The notes beneath the pieces are model-generated. The model ran no database searches, was not told the origin of the DNA, and saw nothing but the letters and a program-made list of their open reading frames with translations. Positions 27,974 through 36,519 of a stretch of DNA of 64,000 bases are shown here, piece after piece. Each line of letters opens with the position of its first letter. Within the stretch, counting starts at the first letter, position 1. The DNA comes from a bacterium (GTDB taxonomy: Bacteria > Zixibacteria > MSB-5A5 > GN15 > FEB-12), in assembly GCA_043811375.1 (NCBI GenBank), contig JBDRNJ010000004.1:64001-128000 (forward strand), given 5' to 3'. Both the position numbers and the translations under genes were made by a program.

Positions 27974-28723
27974 ATGTCGGGTCATTCAAAATGGGCGACA
28001 ATCAAGAGGAAGAAGGGTAAGGCCGATGCCGAGCGCGGTCGGCAGTTTACCCGGCATATCAAGGAAATAACGATAGCCGCCCGTGAGGGCGGCGGCGACC
28101 CGGACGGCAACCCGCGTCTGCGGACCGCTGTCGCGGCGGCCAAAGCGGCCAATATGCCGGCCGACAACATCAAGCGGGCGATCCAGAAAGGGACCGGGGA
28201 CCTGCCGGGTGTTACCTACGAGTCAGTGGTCTACGAGGGCTATGGCCCGGCCGGGGTGGCGCTGTATATGGAAGTGCTGACCGACAACAGGAATCGTATC
28301 GTGGCCACAATACGCCATATCCTCACCAAGTACGGCGGCAACCTGGGGTCCAACGGCTGTGTCGCCTGGATGTTTGACAAGAAGGGGGTAATCACTATTG
28401 AACTCGACGCCGTAGACGAAGACACCCTGATGGAAGTCGCCACCGAGGCGGGCGCGGAGGATATTACCACCGAGGCAGGTTCCTACGAGGTTATCACGCT
28501 GCCGGAAGACATCGACACGGTGCGCATGGCTATCGAAGGCAAGGGGATTTCGATGGTTTCCGCCGAGGTAACTATGCAACCCCAGAACTCGGTCAAGCTG
28601 GAGAAGGAATCGCAGGCCAACTCAATGCTGAAAATGTACGAGTTGCTGGAAGAGTGCGACGACGTCCAGAAAATCTACGCCAATTTCGATATCGACGAGG
28701 CCCTGCTGGAAAAACTGGCGTAG
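27974..28723 (+). CDS. yebC: YebC/PmpR family protein
   Basis: [43 protein letters not shown]. Confidence 0.96.
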   Translation: MSGHSKWATIKRKKGKADAERGRQFTRHIKEITIAAREGGGDPDGNPRLRTAVAAAKAANMPADNIKRAIQKGTGDLPGVTYESVVYEGYGPAGVALYMEVLTDNRNRIVATIRHILTKYGGNLGSNGCVAWMFDKKGVITIELDAVDEDTLMEVATEAGAEDITTEAGSYEVITLPEDIDTVRMAIEGKGISMVSAEVTMQPQNSVKLEKESQANSMLKMYELLEECDDVQKIYANFDIDEALLEKLA

Positions 28724-28739
28724 TCTGACAGGTCGGAAT

Positions 28740-28807
28740 TGACCTTGCCCCAATAAAGTGGACACTTAACGAAGGTCGTATGAGATTGACCTGAGGAGGT
28801 GTTTTTG
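28740..28807 (+). mobile_element. Remnant IS3-family-like left end (IRL plus leader)
   Basis: TGACCTTGCCCCAATAAAGTGGACACTT...GAGGAGGTG..ATG follows the IS3 IRL pattern as I recall it (TGAtCTTaCCC...AGTGGACAC...GAGGTG..ATG); no transposase or right IR seen. Confidence 0.6.
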
Positions 28808-30457
28808 ATGTCATGGCGCACTTTCAGTGAGGCTCGTGTCTTTGCGAGAGGATTAGGTCTCCGGAGAACCAGGGACTGGCATAAATACTGCAATGGAGGT
28901 TTTCCCGATCTGCCACCGCTTCCTGCTGATATACCTCTGCACCCGTACCATGCCTATAGAAAAAGTGATTGGCAGGGAATGCGAGACTGGCTTGGGGGGG
29001 CATGGCGACCATATGAGAAAGCAAGGACATTTGTACATGCTTTGAACTTAAGACATTGGCAGGATTGGAAAGACTATGTTGATGGTAAGCGTCATGATCT
29101 CCCGCATCTGCCATCCGATATACCTAAGACTCCCCGAAGCGCCTACAAAGATGATGGCTGGCTGGGAACGCGAGATTGGCTGGGTTCCTCATGGCGTCCA
29201 TATGAGAAAGCAAGGACATTTGTACATGCTTTGAACTTGAGGCATTGGCAGGATTGGAAAGACTATGTTGATGGTAAGCGTCAAGATCTCCCGCATCTGC
29301 CATCTGATATACCTAAGACTCCCCGAAGCGTCTACGAAGATGATGGCTGGCTGGGACCGCGAGATTGGTTGGGAGCTAAATGGAAAGAATACTCCGAGGC
29401 CAGAGAATTTGTGAGAAGTTTGGGACTCAAGAGGCAAGAGGATTGGCTGGACTACACTCTTGATAAGCGACCTGGTTTATTGCCTCGTCCAGAAAGTATT
29501 CCAAGGTCGCCTGACACCGTTTATGAAGGTAAGGGTTGGAAGGGCTGGGCCGATTGGCTTGGCACTGACATTAGAGGACTAAAGAAACGCGTCAAGCGTG
29601 CAGGAAAAGCTTGGAAACGTAAATCAGAGTATCTCCCATTCGATGAGGCGCGTAATTATGTAAGAAGCTTGGGTCTTAAATCAAGCCATGAGTGGAATCT
29701 GTTCTGCGGGGGGCAAAGACCACATTTGGGTCACCTCCCTGAGAACATTCCTTCAAGCCCACATCGTACATACCGGATGGACGACTGGATTGGCTATCGT
29801 GATTGGCTGGGTTTATCAGGTTCTGAGCAGCGTTGGAGGCAATGGCGTTCTTTTGACAAAGCCCGCGAGTTTGCACGCTCTTTGGGTTTGAAAACTTGGC
29901 GTGATTGGAGGGAATACTGCAGGGGCGATCATCCGAGTTTGCCAGAACTTCCTGAGGACGTCCCAAAGGCCCCTAGTGTTGTTTATAGGAAGTCCGGCTG
30001 GATCGGAATTTCAGATTGGCTAGGGCACGTTAGATGGAGGGAATACGAAGAGGCCAGAGTGTTCTCCAGAGAGTTGAAACTAGGTTCAGTAGATGACTGG
30101 CGATCTTTCTGCAAGGGCGAGCTACCAGAAGTACCTTCAAAACCACACGATATTCCGACAAGCCCAGCTCAGGTTTACAGAGGGAAAGGTTGGAAGGGAT
30201 GGTCTGATTGGTTGGGAAATCAGGTTCGTGGCAGACCCTGGTCAGGCTGGCGAGACTTCACTAATGCACGCGAGTTTGCACGACTGCTCGGTCTCCGATC
30301 ATACAAAGAATGGGCTAAGTATTGTCAAGGCAAGATCCCAAGTCTGCCATTGCTTCCCGAAGACATCCCTGTTCAAGCCTCGAGAGTATACAGGAATGAT
30401 GGGTGGATTTCATGGCCTAACTGGCTTGGATACACAAGAAGGAAACGGTGTACGTAG
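28808..30457 (+). CDS. Stand-alone tandem-repeat protein with 8 Trp-rich ~63-aa repeats (phage-integrase-repeat-like)
   Basis: Eight copies of W..(F/Y)..AR.F...L.L....W..Y.......P..IP..P...Y...GW.G..DWLG; GGAGG RBS. Confidence 0.85.
   Translation: MSWRTFSEARVFARGLGLRRTRDWHKYCNGGFPDLPPLPADIPLHPYHAYRKSDWQGMRDWLGGAWRPYEKARTFVHALNLRHWQDWKDYVDGKRHDLPHLPSDIPKTPRSAYKDDGWLGTRDWLGSSWRPYEKARTFVHALNLRHWQDWKDYVDGKRQDLPHLPSDIPKTPRSVYEDDGWLGPRDWLGAKWKEYSEAREFVRSLGLKRQEDWLDYTLDKRPGLLPRPESIPRSPDTVYEGKGWKGWADWLGTDIRGLKKRVKRAGKAWKRKSEYLPFDEARNYVRSLGLKSSHEWNLFCGGQRPHLGHLPENIPSSPHRTYRMDDWIGYRDWLGLSGSEQRWRQWRSFDKAREFARSLGLKTWRDWREYCRGDHPSLPELPEDVPKAPSVVYRKSGWIGISDWLGHVRWREYEEARVFSRELKLGSVDDWRSFCKGELPEVPSKPHDIPTSPAQVYRGKGWKGWSDWLGNQVRGRPWSGWRDFTNAREFARLLGLRSYKEWAKYCQGKIPSLPLLPEDIPVQASRVYRNDGWISWPNWLGYTRRKRCT
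29003..29370 (+). repeat. Recent 189-bp tandem duplication (protein repeats 2 and 3)
   Basis: 29003 onward and 29192 onward are near-identical with period 189 nt (about 10 substitutions by eye). Confidence 0.92.
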
Positions 30458-30461
30458 TCTT

Positions 30462-30492
30462 GTCGGAACCGCAGGGTTTCCGACCTACTTTG
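30462..30492. repeat. REP-like palindrome overlapping the nth stop codon
   Basis: GTCGGAACC-gcagg-GTTTCCGAC-CTAC; 29/31 identical to 36418-36448. Confidence 0.8.
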
Positions 30493-31129
30493 GATAAACC
30501 TCCGCCGACGGGCATAACTTCGCCAAAAAACATCTGCCGCATTGCGGCCGGCGGGCGGTGCAGATAGCTCGTCCGTGACAAATCAGCAGGTGTGACCAGG
30601 CTATCCAGTCATCTTTCGGGATTAGCTGTATCAACTCCCGTTCGATCTTGACCGGGTCGTTCTCTTTCGTGAGTTCCAACCGCCGACTGATACGGCCGAC
30701 ATGAGTATCAACCACGATCCCCTCGGCAATATCAAATCCGGCGCCCAGAATCACGGACGCCGTCTTGCGCCCGACTCCCGGCAGCTTCACCAGTTCGTCC
30801 AACCGTCGAGGGATGCGACCACCATAATCGTCACGCAACTGTCGAGCGGAGTTTTTGATAGCTTTCGCTTTATTGTTGTGAAAACCGGTGGCGAAAATGT
30901 CGCGGCCGAGCTCTTTCAGATTGGCATCGGCAAAGGCCCGTAACGAACGGTACTTCCTGAAGAGTGATTTCGTCACCCGGTTAACGCGCTCATCGGTGCA
31001 CTGCGCCGACAGGATTGTAGCCACCATAAGCTGGTGTACGGTTCGGAAATCAAGAGTACATTTGGCGTCAGGATAATGCCGTTTCAACAGACGGATAGCT
31101 CTCCTGGCTCGCGCTGCCGGCGATGGCAT
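30485..31129 (-). CDS. nth: Endonuclease III
   Basis: LSAQCTD, LPGVGRKTA HhH, VVDTHV, C-terminal C..R.P.C..C.L...C Fe-S motif. Confidence 0.96.
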   Translation of the reverse strand: MPSPAARARRAIRLLKRHYPDAKCTLDFRTVHQLMVATILSAQCTDERVNRVTKSLFRKYRSLRAFADANLKELGRDIFATGFHNNKAKAIKNSARQLRDDYGGRIPRRLDELVKLPGVGRKTASVILGAGFDIAEGIVVDTHVGRISRRLELTKENDPVKIERELIQLIPKDDWIAWSHLLICHGRAICTARRPQCGRCFLAKLCPSAEVYPK

Positions 31130-31133
31130 TGCC

Positions 31134-32009
31134 TCAGTCACGTCCGTTACAGCCCAGGGCAACTACCCGGTCGATATCATTGAGGTCTCTGAGAATGACG
31201 ATTGACCGGTAACGATCATCCGTCTCAGTCAGCTTCACAACTCGGTCGGCCTGCCGGTAGCCGATCTCGAACATGATAAGTCCATCTTCAGCCAGATAAT
31301 CGGGAGCGTCGCGCAGGATTACGCGAATGGCGTCCAGTCCGTCTTCCCCGGCCAATAGAGCTGTTTTCGGGTCAGCCAGCACTTCCGGCGGCAGGGATTC
31401 GTATTCGCTGTCGGAGATGTACGGGGGATTGGACAGTATCAGGTTGAACTTTTCGTCGGGGTGGATTTCTGCGAAGAAATCAGACTGGCGAAACTCGATC
31501 TTATCCCCTACGCCCAGTTCCTCGGCGTTGTGATGGGTGATATCGATAGCATCCGGCGAACAGTCGATTGCCAGCACCTCACACTCATCCAGTTCCGCCG
31601 CCACCGTAACGGCAATCACTCCCGAGCCAACACCGACATCCAGCACCCGCGGTTGGGGCAGCCCTTTCTCGTGGACGAAACCAATGGCAGTTTCACACAG
31701 AAGTTCTGTTTCGGGGGTGGGGACCATTACCGCCGGGCTCACGTGAAATTTCCGGCCGTAGAACCATGATTCGCCCAGGATGTATTGCAGGGGGTATCGT
31801 TCGGCCCGTCGTTTGATAATTCCCTGGAGTTGTCCGAGGATGTCCTCGGTCAGCGCTGCCTCGCCGCGTAAATACAGGTCGAGTCGATCAACACCGAGAA
31901 TGTGGCACAGAATGAGTTCAACTTCACTTTTTGCCCGGTCGATCCCGGCGTCAACCAGGACCGCAGCGGCGCGTGAGATGACGGCGGCAAGTCGGTCGGC
32001 CACTTTCAC
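31134..32009 (-). CDS. prmC: Release factor glutamine methyltransferase
   Basis: PLQYILG, PETELL, DVGVGSG, SNPPYI. Confidence 0.95.
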   Translation of the reverse strand: MKVADRLAAVISRAAAVLVDAGIDRAKSEVELILCHILGVDRLDLYLRGEAALTEDILGQLQGIIKRRAERYPLQYILGESWFYGRKFHVSPAVMVPTPETELLCETAIGFVHEKGLPQPRVLDVGVGSGVIAVTVAAELDECEVLAIDCSPDAIDITHHNAEELGVGDKIEFRQSDFFAEIHPDEKFNLILSNPPYISDSEYESLPPEVLADPKTALLAGEDGLDAIRVILRDAPDYLAEDGLIMFEIGYRQADRVVKLTETDDRYRSIVILRDLNDIDRVVALGCNGRD

Positions 32010-33001
32010 TGCGTGCGTGGTGAACGCACCCCGGATCTGCGGACCGTCAACTGCTGCCGCACCAGACCGACAGCATACAGTAAGGCCAGCAGTCCAATGA
32101 AGCTGTAGCAGACTGCGTAAGTTAATGCCGGTGAGAACTGAATCGAATGCGGAATCAGGTATATAAACAGCACCAGCGGCAGCGCACCCACTCCCAACCA
32201 GCCCAGCACACGCTCGGAATAGATATTACGTTCCAGCTTGTTCCCGGTCAGCGAGCCAATTCCGACCAGCACCAGGTACAACAGATAGGCAAACAGGAGC
32301 TGCGTCTTGTTGTCGGTGGCATCGGTACCGAAAGGCACTCCTTCCCAGGTAGTGCCAAAGGCATAGTAGTTCATAGCCATCCCTAAAGGGTAACATCCAA
32401 GGAAAGCGCACAGGGTCGCCAGGGAAAAATAGACAGCCATCGGCCGAGTATCGGTATTTTTCCTCACCACCGTGACGGCATACAGGAAACCCATCATCAG
32501 GAAGACAACCGTCAGTAACATCATGGCAACGTGACCAGCGATGATCGATCCCGGCACGTGTCCGATGTACTTCAGTACAAACGGACTGCCGTCGGGTTGC
32601 CTGAATCCGGCTCGGAGACCGCCGGTATTGTCACGGATTTCAAAGTAGTAATACATGCGACCGCCCCGAGCACCGGCATTAGCGACAGCATAGTAGTGTC
32701 CGGCCGCGGAATCTTCAAGCACCATCGGTACCTGGCTGTAATGCCTCAGTTCCGTATCAGCGTCCTGAGTGGATTTTGAGGGTCTGAAATACAGACGCAG
32801 ATCGGGCTGCATATCGCCTTTAACAGTGATCGTTATCCTGGCTGTACTGTCTTCGAGAGCTTTGGGCACGGTGGTCATCTCAAACGTAAAACCGTTCTCG
32901 CTGTGAGAGACAAACCGGGGACGGCCCTCGGAACTAATACTGGCCAGGTACAACAAACCGACGGCCAGAACCAGGGCAGTGATAACGCGTATGATTTTCA
33001 T
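32006..33001 (-). CDS. Hypothetical membrane protein (N-terminal exported domain plus about 5 TM helices)
   Basis: 331-aa ORF overlapping prfA stop and prmC start; W.G.PFG.D.TDNKT motif. Confidence 0.75.
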   Translation of the reverse strand: MKIIRVITALVLAVGLLYLASISSEGRPRFVSHSENGFTFEMTTVPKALEDSTARITITVKGDMQPDLRLYFRPSKSTQDADTELRHYSQVPMVLEDSAAGHYYAVANAGARGGRMYYYFEIRDNTGGLRAGFRQPDGSPFVLKYIGHVPGSIIAGHVAMMLLTVVFLMMGFLYAVTVVRKNTDTRPMAVYFSLATLCAFLGCYPLGMAMNYYAFGTTWEGVPFGTDATDNKTQLLFAYLLYLVLVGIGSLTGNKLERNIYSERVLGWLGVGALPLVLFIYLIPHSIQFSPALTYAVCYSFIGLLALLYAVGLVRQQLTVRRSGVRSPRTQ

Positions 33002-34083
33002 GGCTGTGACTCCACCTCTTCCTGGAGTTTCAATTGCTTTTCCTGTTCGTGCGCCTGCAGGGCATCGACCAGCAGATCAAGATTTCCGTTGAGTATTACA
33101 TCCAGTTTGTACAGAGTGAGTCCGATGCGATGATCGGTCACCCGGGACTGGGGATAGTTGTAGGTGCGAATCTTGGCGGAACGATCACCGGTGGAGATCA
33201 TCGAGCGCCGTTCAGCGGCAATTTTGGCCTGTTGTTCGGCTCTCTTCATATCGTAAAGACGCGCTCGCAACACTCGCAGGGCTTTGTTCTTGTTCTTTAG
33301 CTGAGACTTTTCGTCCTGACAGGTAACCACGATTCCAGTCGGCAGATGGGTAATCCGCACCGCCGAGTCAGTGGTATTGACCGACTGCCCACCCGGGCCG
33401 GAAGATCGGTAGACATCGACTTTCACTTCGTTCTCGCTGATGTTGACATCGACCTCTTCGACTTCGGGCAGAACCGCCACGGACACAGCGGAAGTGTGGA
33501 TTCGTCCCTGGGTTTCGGTGGTCGGAACCCTCTGCACGCGGTGCACACCCGATTCGAACTTCATGGTACCGAAGGCCTGATCTCCCTGAAGTGAGAATAT
33601 GATCTCCTTGAAACCGCCGATCTCCGAGGGATGCGAATTGAGCACCTCCAGTTTCCAGTTTCTGAAGTCGGCGTAGCGTTCATACATGCGGTAGATATCG
33701 GCTGCAAACAGGCCGGCTTCGTCGCCGCCGGTGCCGGCACGAATCTCGATAATGGCGGCCTTGTCATCCTCGGGGTCGCGCGGCAACAGCTTCAGCTTCA
33801 GTTCCGTTTCCACAGTCTCGATCTCGTCCTCGTACAACGCCAGTTCTTCCCGAGCCATAGCGACCAGTTCCTCATCCTGGCTGCTTTTGATCACATCCCG
33901 GGCTTCATCTATGCCGAGTCGCATCCGGCGATACTCGCGACCCACCTGGAGAACGTCCTCAATATGGCGACGCTCGCGACTGATTTCGATCATCGCTTTC
34001 CGGTCGGAGAGAACGGCCGGATCGGTCATCCGGCGGTCGATCTCAGTCAGTTTTTGTTCAAGTTTGTCAACGATACCCAGCAT
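32998..34083 (-). CDS. prfA: Peptide chain release factor 1
   Basis: [20 protein letters not shown] (PxT), [15 protein letters not shown]. Confidence 0.97.
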   Translation of the reverse strand: MLGIVDKLEQKLTEIDRRMTDPAVLSDRKAMIEISRERRHIEDVLQVGREYRRMRLGIDEARDVIKSSQDEELVAMAREELALYEDEIETVETELKLKLLPRDPEDDKAAIIEIRAGTGGDEAGLFAADIYRMYERYADFRNWKLEVLNSHPSEIGGFKEIIFSLQGDQAFGTMKFESGVHRVQRVPTTETQGRIHTSAVSVAVLPEVEEVDVNISENEVKVDVYRSSGPGGQSVNTTDSAVRITHLPTGIVVTCQDEKSQLKNKNKALRVLRARLYDMKRAEQQAKIAAERRSMISTGDRSAKIRTYNYPQSRVTDHRIGLTLYKLDVILNGNLDLLVDALQAHEQEKQLKLQEEVESQP

Positions 34084-34162
34084 GGCAGAGTTCCTTACAT
34101 TCAAGACTCCATGGTAAACGAAACAGGAGTGATCGGCAAGCAGATATGAGCAACCGAGACAG

Positions 34163-35131
34163 CTAAGAAGCAGCCGCCCGCTCCACGGTCAGTTTCGATT
34201 CCGTCAGATCCAGAGCTGACTCCAGGGCGACAATTGCTACTTCCAACTGCTGAGGAGACGGCTCCCGGGTAGTAATTCTCTGCAACCACAGACCGGGTTG
34301 AATAAGAAAGCGAGTGATACGGCTGTCGCGGGTGCGTCCCGACAGTTTCAGCAATTCGTAAGAGCCTCCGGCCACCAGGGGCAGCAGTGAGAAATGAATC
34401 CCGAAACGGGTCAGCAGAGTCGGCGGGTGGCCCGTTTTAAGCGCATAGATCGTATCTGAGATAGCGTACGTCAATATCGCGAACAGGGCTACGATTAGAA
34501 TAAAAGATGTCCCACACCGAGGGTGAAAGCGGGTGTGATTGGAGGCAGCTTGCGGGGTCAGATCGTCGTTCATTTCATAAGCGTATATGGACTTGTGTTC
34601 GGCTCCATGATACTCAAAAATCCGCCTGAATTCTCCAAACAGTGAGATCAGGTAAACGTACAGGACGAACATGGTCAGTCTGATAGCACCGGCCAGCAGA
34701 TTAAAACCAACGGCGGTCTTTTCAACATTGATCAGATTTGAAATGGCCAGCGGCAGAAAAAAGAAAATAAATACTCCCAGACCAATAGCAGCGACCGCCG
34801 TCAGGGCCAGCCATAACGTATTGGAACGAGTAGCAGAAGTTTTCTCGTCTCGGCCTTCTTTGACCGCTTCCTGCTTTTCAATCTCTTTCATGGCGACATC
34901 GGCAGAGAAATTGAGAGTCCGGATGCCGATTATCAGCATCTCCACAAAGACAATGGCGCCACGTAATATCGGCAGACGCAATATACGGTTGCGAGTCGTC
35001 AGGGATCGGTATTCCTCGGTTTTGACCACTATCCGACCGTCGGGGACACGCACTGCGGTAGCGATCCTGTCCTTACCGCGCATCATGACGCCCTCGATAA
35101 CGGCCTGGCCGCCTATGTTCATGTCCGGCAT
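34163..35131 (-). CDS. DUF1385 domain membrane protein
   Basis: [39 protein letters not shown]; usual rpmE-DUF1385-prfA context. Confidence 0.92.
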   Translation of the reverse strand: MPDMNIGGQAVIEGVMMRGKDRIATAVRVPDGRIVVKTEEYRSLTTRNRILRLPILRGAIVFVEMLIIGIRTLNFSADVAMKEIEKQEAVKEGRDEKTSATRSNTLWLALTAVAAIGLGVFIFFFLPLAISNLINVEKTAVGFNLLAGAIRLTMFVLYVYLISLFGEFRRIFEYHGAEHKSIYAYEMNDDLTPQAASNHTRFHPRCGTSFILIVALFAILTYAISDTIYALKTGHPPTLLTRFGIHFSLLPLVAGGSYELLKLSGRTRDSRITRFLIQPGLWLQRITTREPSPQQLEVAIVALESALDLTESKLTVERAAAS

Positions 35132-35248
35132 TATATTATCCGCATGTAATGAACTGCTGACCGGAAAATTTTCTGGTGGCGATCGGTCCGGTTTTGACCG
35201 AGACCGGTCCAAAATCAAAGCCTGTCGGCAGTGAAATGATGCCCCTGA

Positions 35249-35467
35249 TTACGACTCGTCCTTGGGCTTATCTATCTTGTACTTGCGGCGGAATCGGTCA
35301 ACGCGACCGGCCGTATCGATCAGCTTCTGTTTGCCGGTAAAGAACGGATGGCAGGCAGAGCATATTTCAACACTGATCGATTTCCTGGTTGATCGCGTCG
35401 GGTAGGTCGCGCCACAGGCGCACTTGACCACTATCTCTTGGTACTTGGGGTGAATATCAGCCTTCAC
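35249..35467 (-). CDS. rpmE: 50S ribosomal protein L31 (Zn-binding type)
   Basis: [29 protein letters not shown]. Confidence 0.97.
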   Translation of the reverse strand: MKADIHPKYQEIVVKCACGATYPTRSTRKSISVEICSACHPFFTGKQKLIDTAGRVDRFRRKYKIDKPKDES

Positions 35468-35654
35468 GTCGGTAACCTCAACTAATGAGTATCTTTTTCA
35501 ACAGTTCCAAAACAAACCGGGTTCCCCCGATTCTTATCGGAAACCCGAAGCAAATAATATAACCACCTGCTCTTTTCAGGCAAGAAGTATCTTACACCCG
35601 CTGAGGCCGACCAGATAGGAGTGGTCGCTTACTCCAAAGGAACTACCGGCTGCT

Positions 35655-36023
35655 TCAGGCCGGGGGTTGGTTGCTGTCGGTGGGGTCCGTGTCTTCACCA
35701 GGGGTATCCTCGGCCGCTTCTTCTTCGGAGATTGGCCGGGAATCCACATATTTCCTCAGCGGCGTAAACAAAAACAGCGCCAGCAACAGGCCGGGCAGGA
35801 ATATCGGCAAGTAGCGCGCCAGGATCGGGACATTGACGCTCGGTACGTCCGGCGGTGGTCCCTCCGGATTGCCGTGTTTGACCCACCCTTCGTTGCCGTC
35901 GGGCACCCAGCAATCCTCTCCCTGCAGAAAGCCATAGGAAGGGCCGTAAACGGCATGGAGCATTAGTGACGTCGCCAGGTACAGCAGAATGATGCCTATC
36001 AATAGTAGCAGGGCGTTGCGCAT
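35655..36023 (-). CDS. Small hypothetical membrane protein
   Basis: Two TM segments around a GEDCW...WVKHGNP motif. Confidence 0.65.
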   Translation of the reverse strand: MRNALLLLIGIILLYLATSLMLHAVYGPSYGFLQGEDCWVPDGNEGWVKHGNPEGPPPDVPSVNVPILARYLPIFLPGLLLALFLFTPLRKYVDSRPISEEEAAEDTPGEDTDPTDSNQPPA

Positions 36024-36119
36024 ACCTGAATATATAGTTGCGATTTTCCTCCGAGTCAACCTTAAGCTACAAATCTGGCGATACTACAGACAGCCTCGTT
36101 TAGGACTCTGGTAAGTTCG

Positions 36120-36495
36120 CCCCCTGCCTCTCCTTAGCAAGTCGAAGGGTGGTTCCAAGCAGCAAGCCGCCATTAATCGCGTAGCGGCAGGGCTTGTCTC
36201 TGCCGGAGGCAAGTCAGAAACAGTGGGTCGGGTTCCGAAGGGAGACTGCCGCAGGCGGACGGAATGAGAAATCCGATAATAGTTCGGCAGGTCAAGCCTA
36301 CTTGGGGCTTGACGTTCATTTTGTCACGCCGCGAGTCGGCGTGACCTACAATAAGTCCCTGGACTGCCAATGGTCGGCGGACGCAAGGCCCGCCTCTACG
36401 CGGAGTTAAGAAATAAAGTCGGAACCACAGGGGTTCCGACCTACTTTGACCAGGTTACAAACGACGCGGCGCACGAGGACGTACGCCGCGCTCAA
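36120..36495. repeat. REP-like palindrome cluster 2 (at least 6 different hairpins)
   Basis: GTAG/CTAC-footed hairpins at 36181, 36323, 36376 and 36418, plus hairpins at 36291 and 36465; modules shared with the 4.1, 30.5 and 45.3 kb clusters. Confidence 0.85.
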
Positions 36496-36519
36496 ACCTG
36501 ATTCCCGCCAACAGCACGC

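Noticed and set aside
36120..36495. CRISPR array
   Set aside because: Units differ in sequence, spacing is irregular, and there are no cas genes
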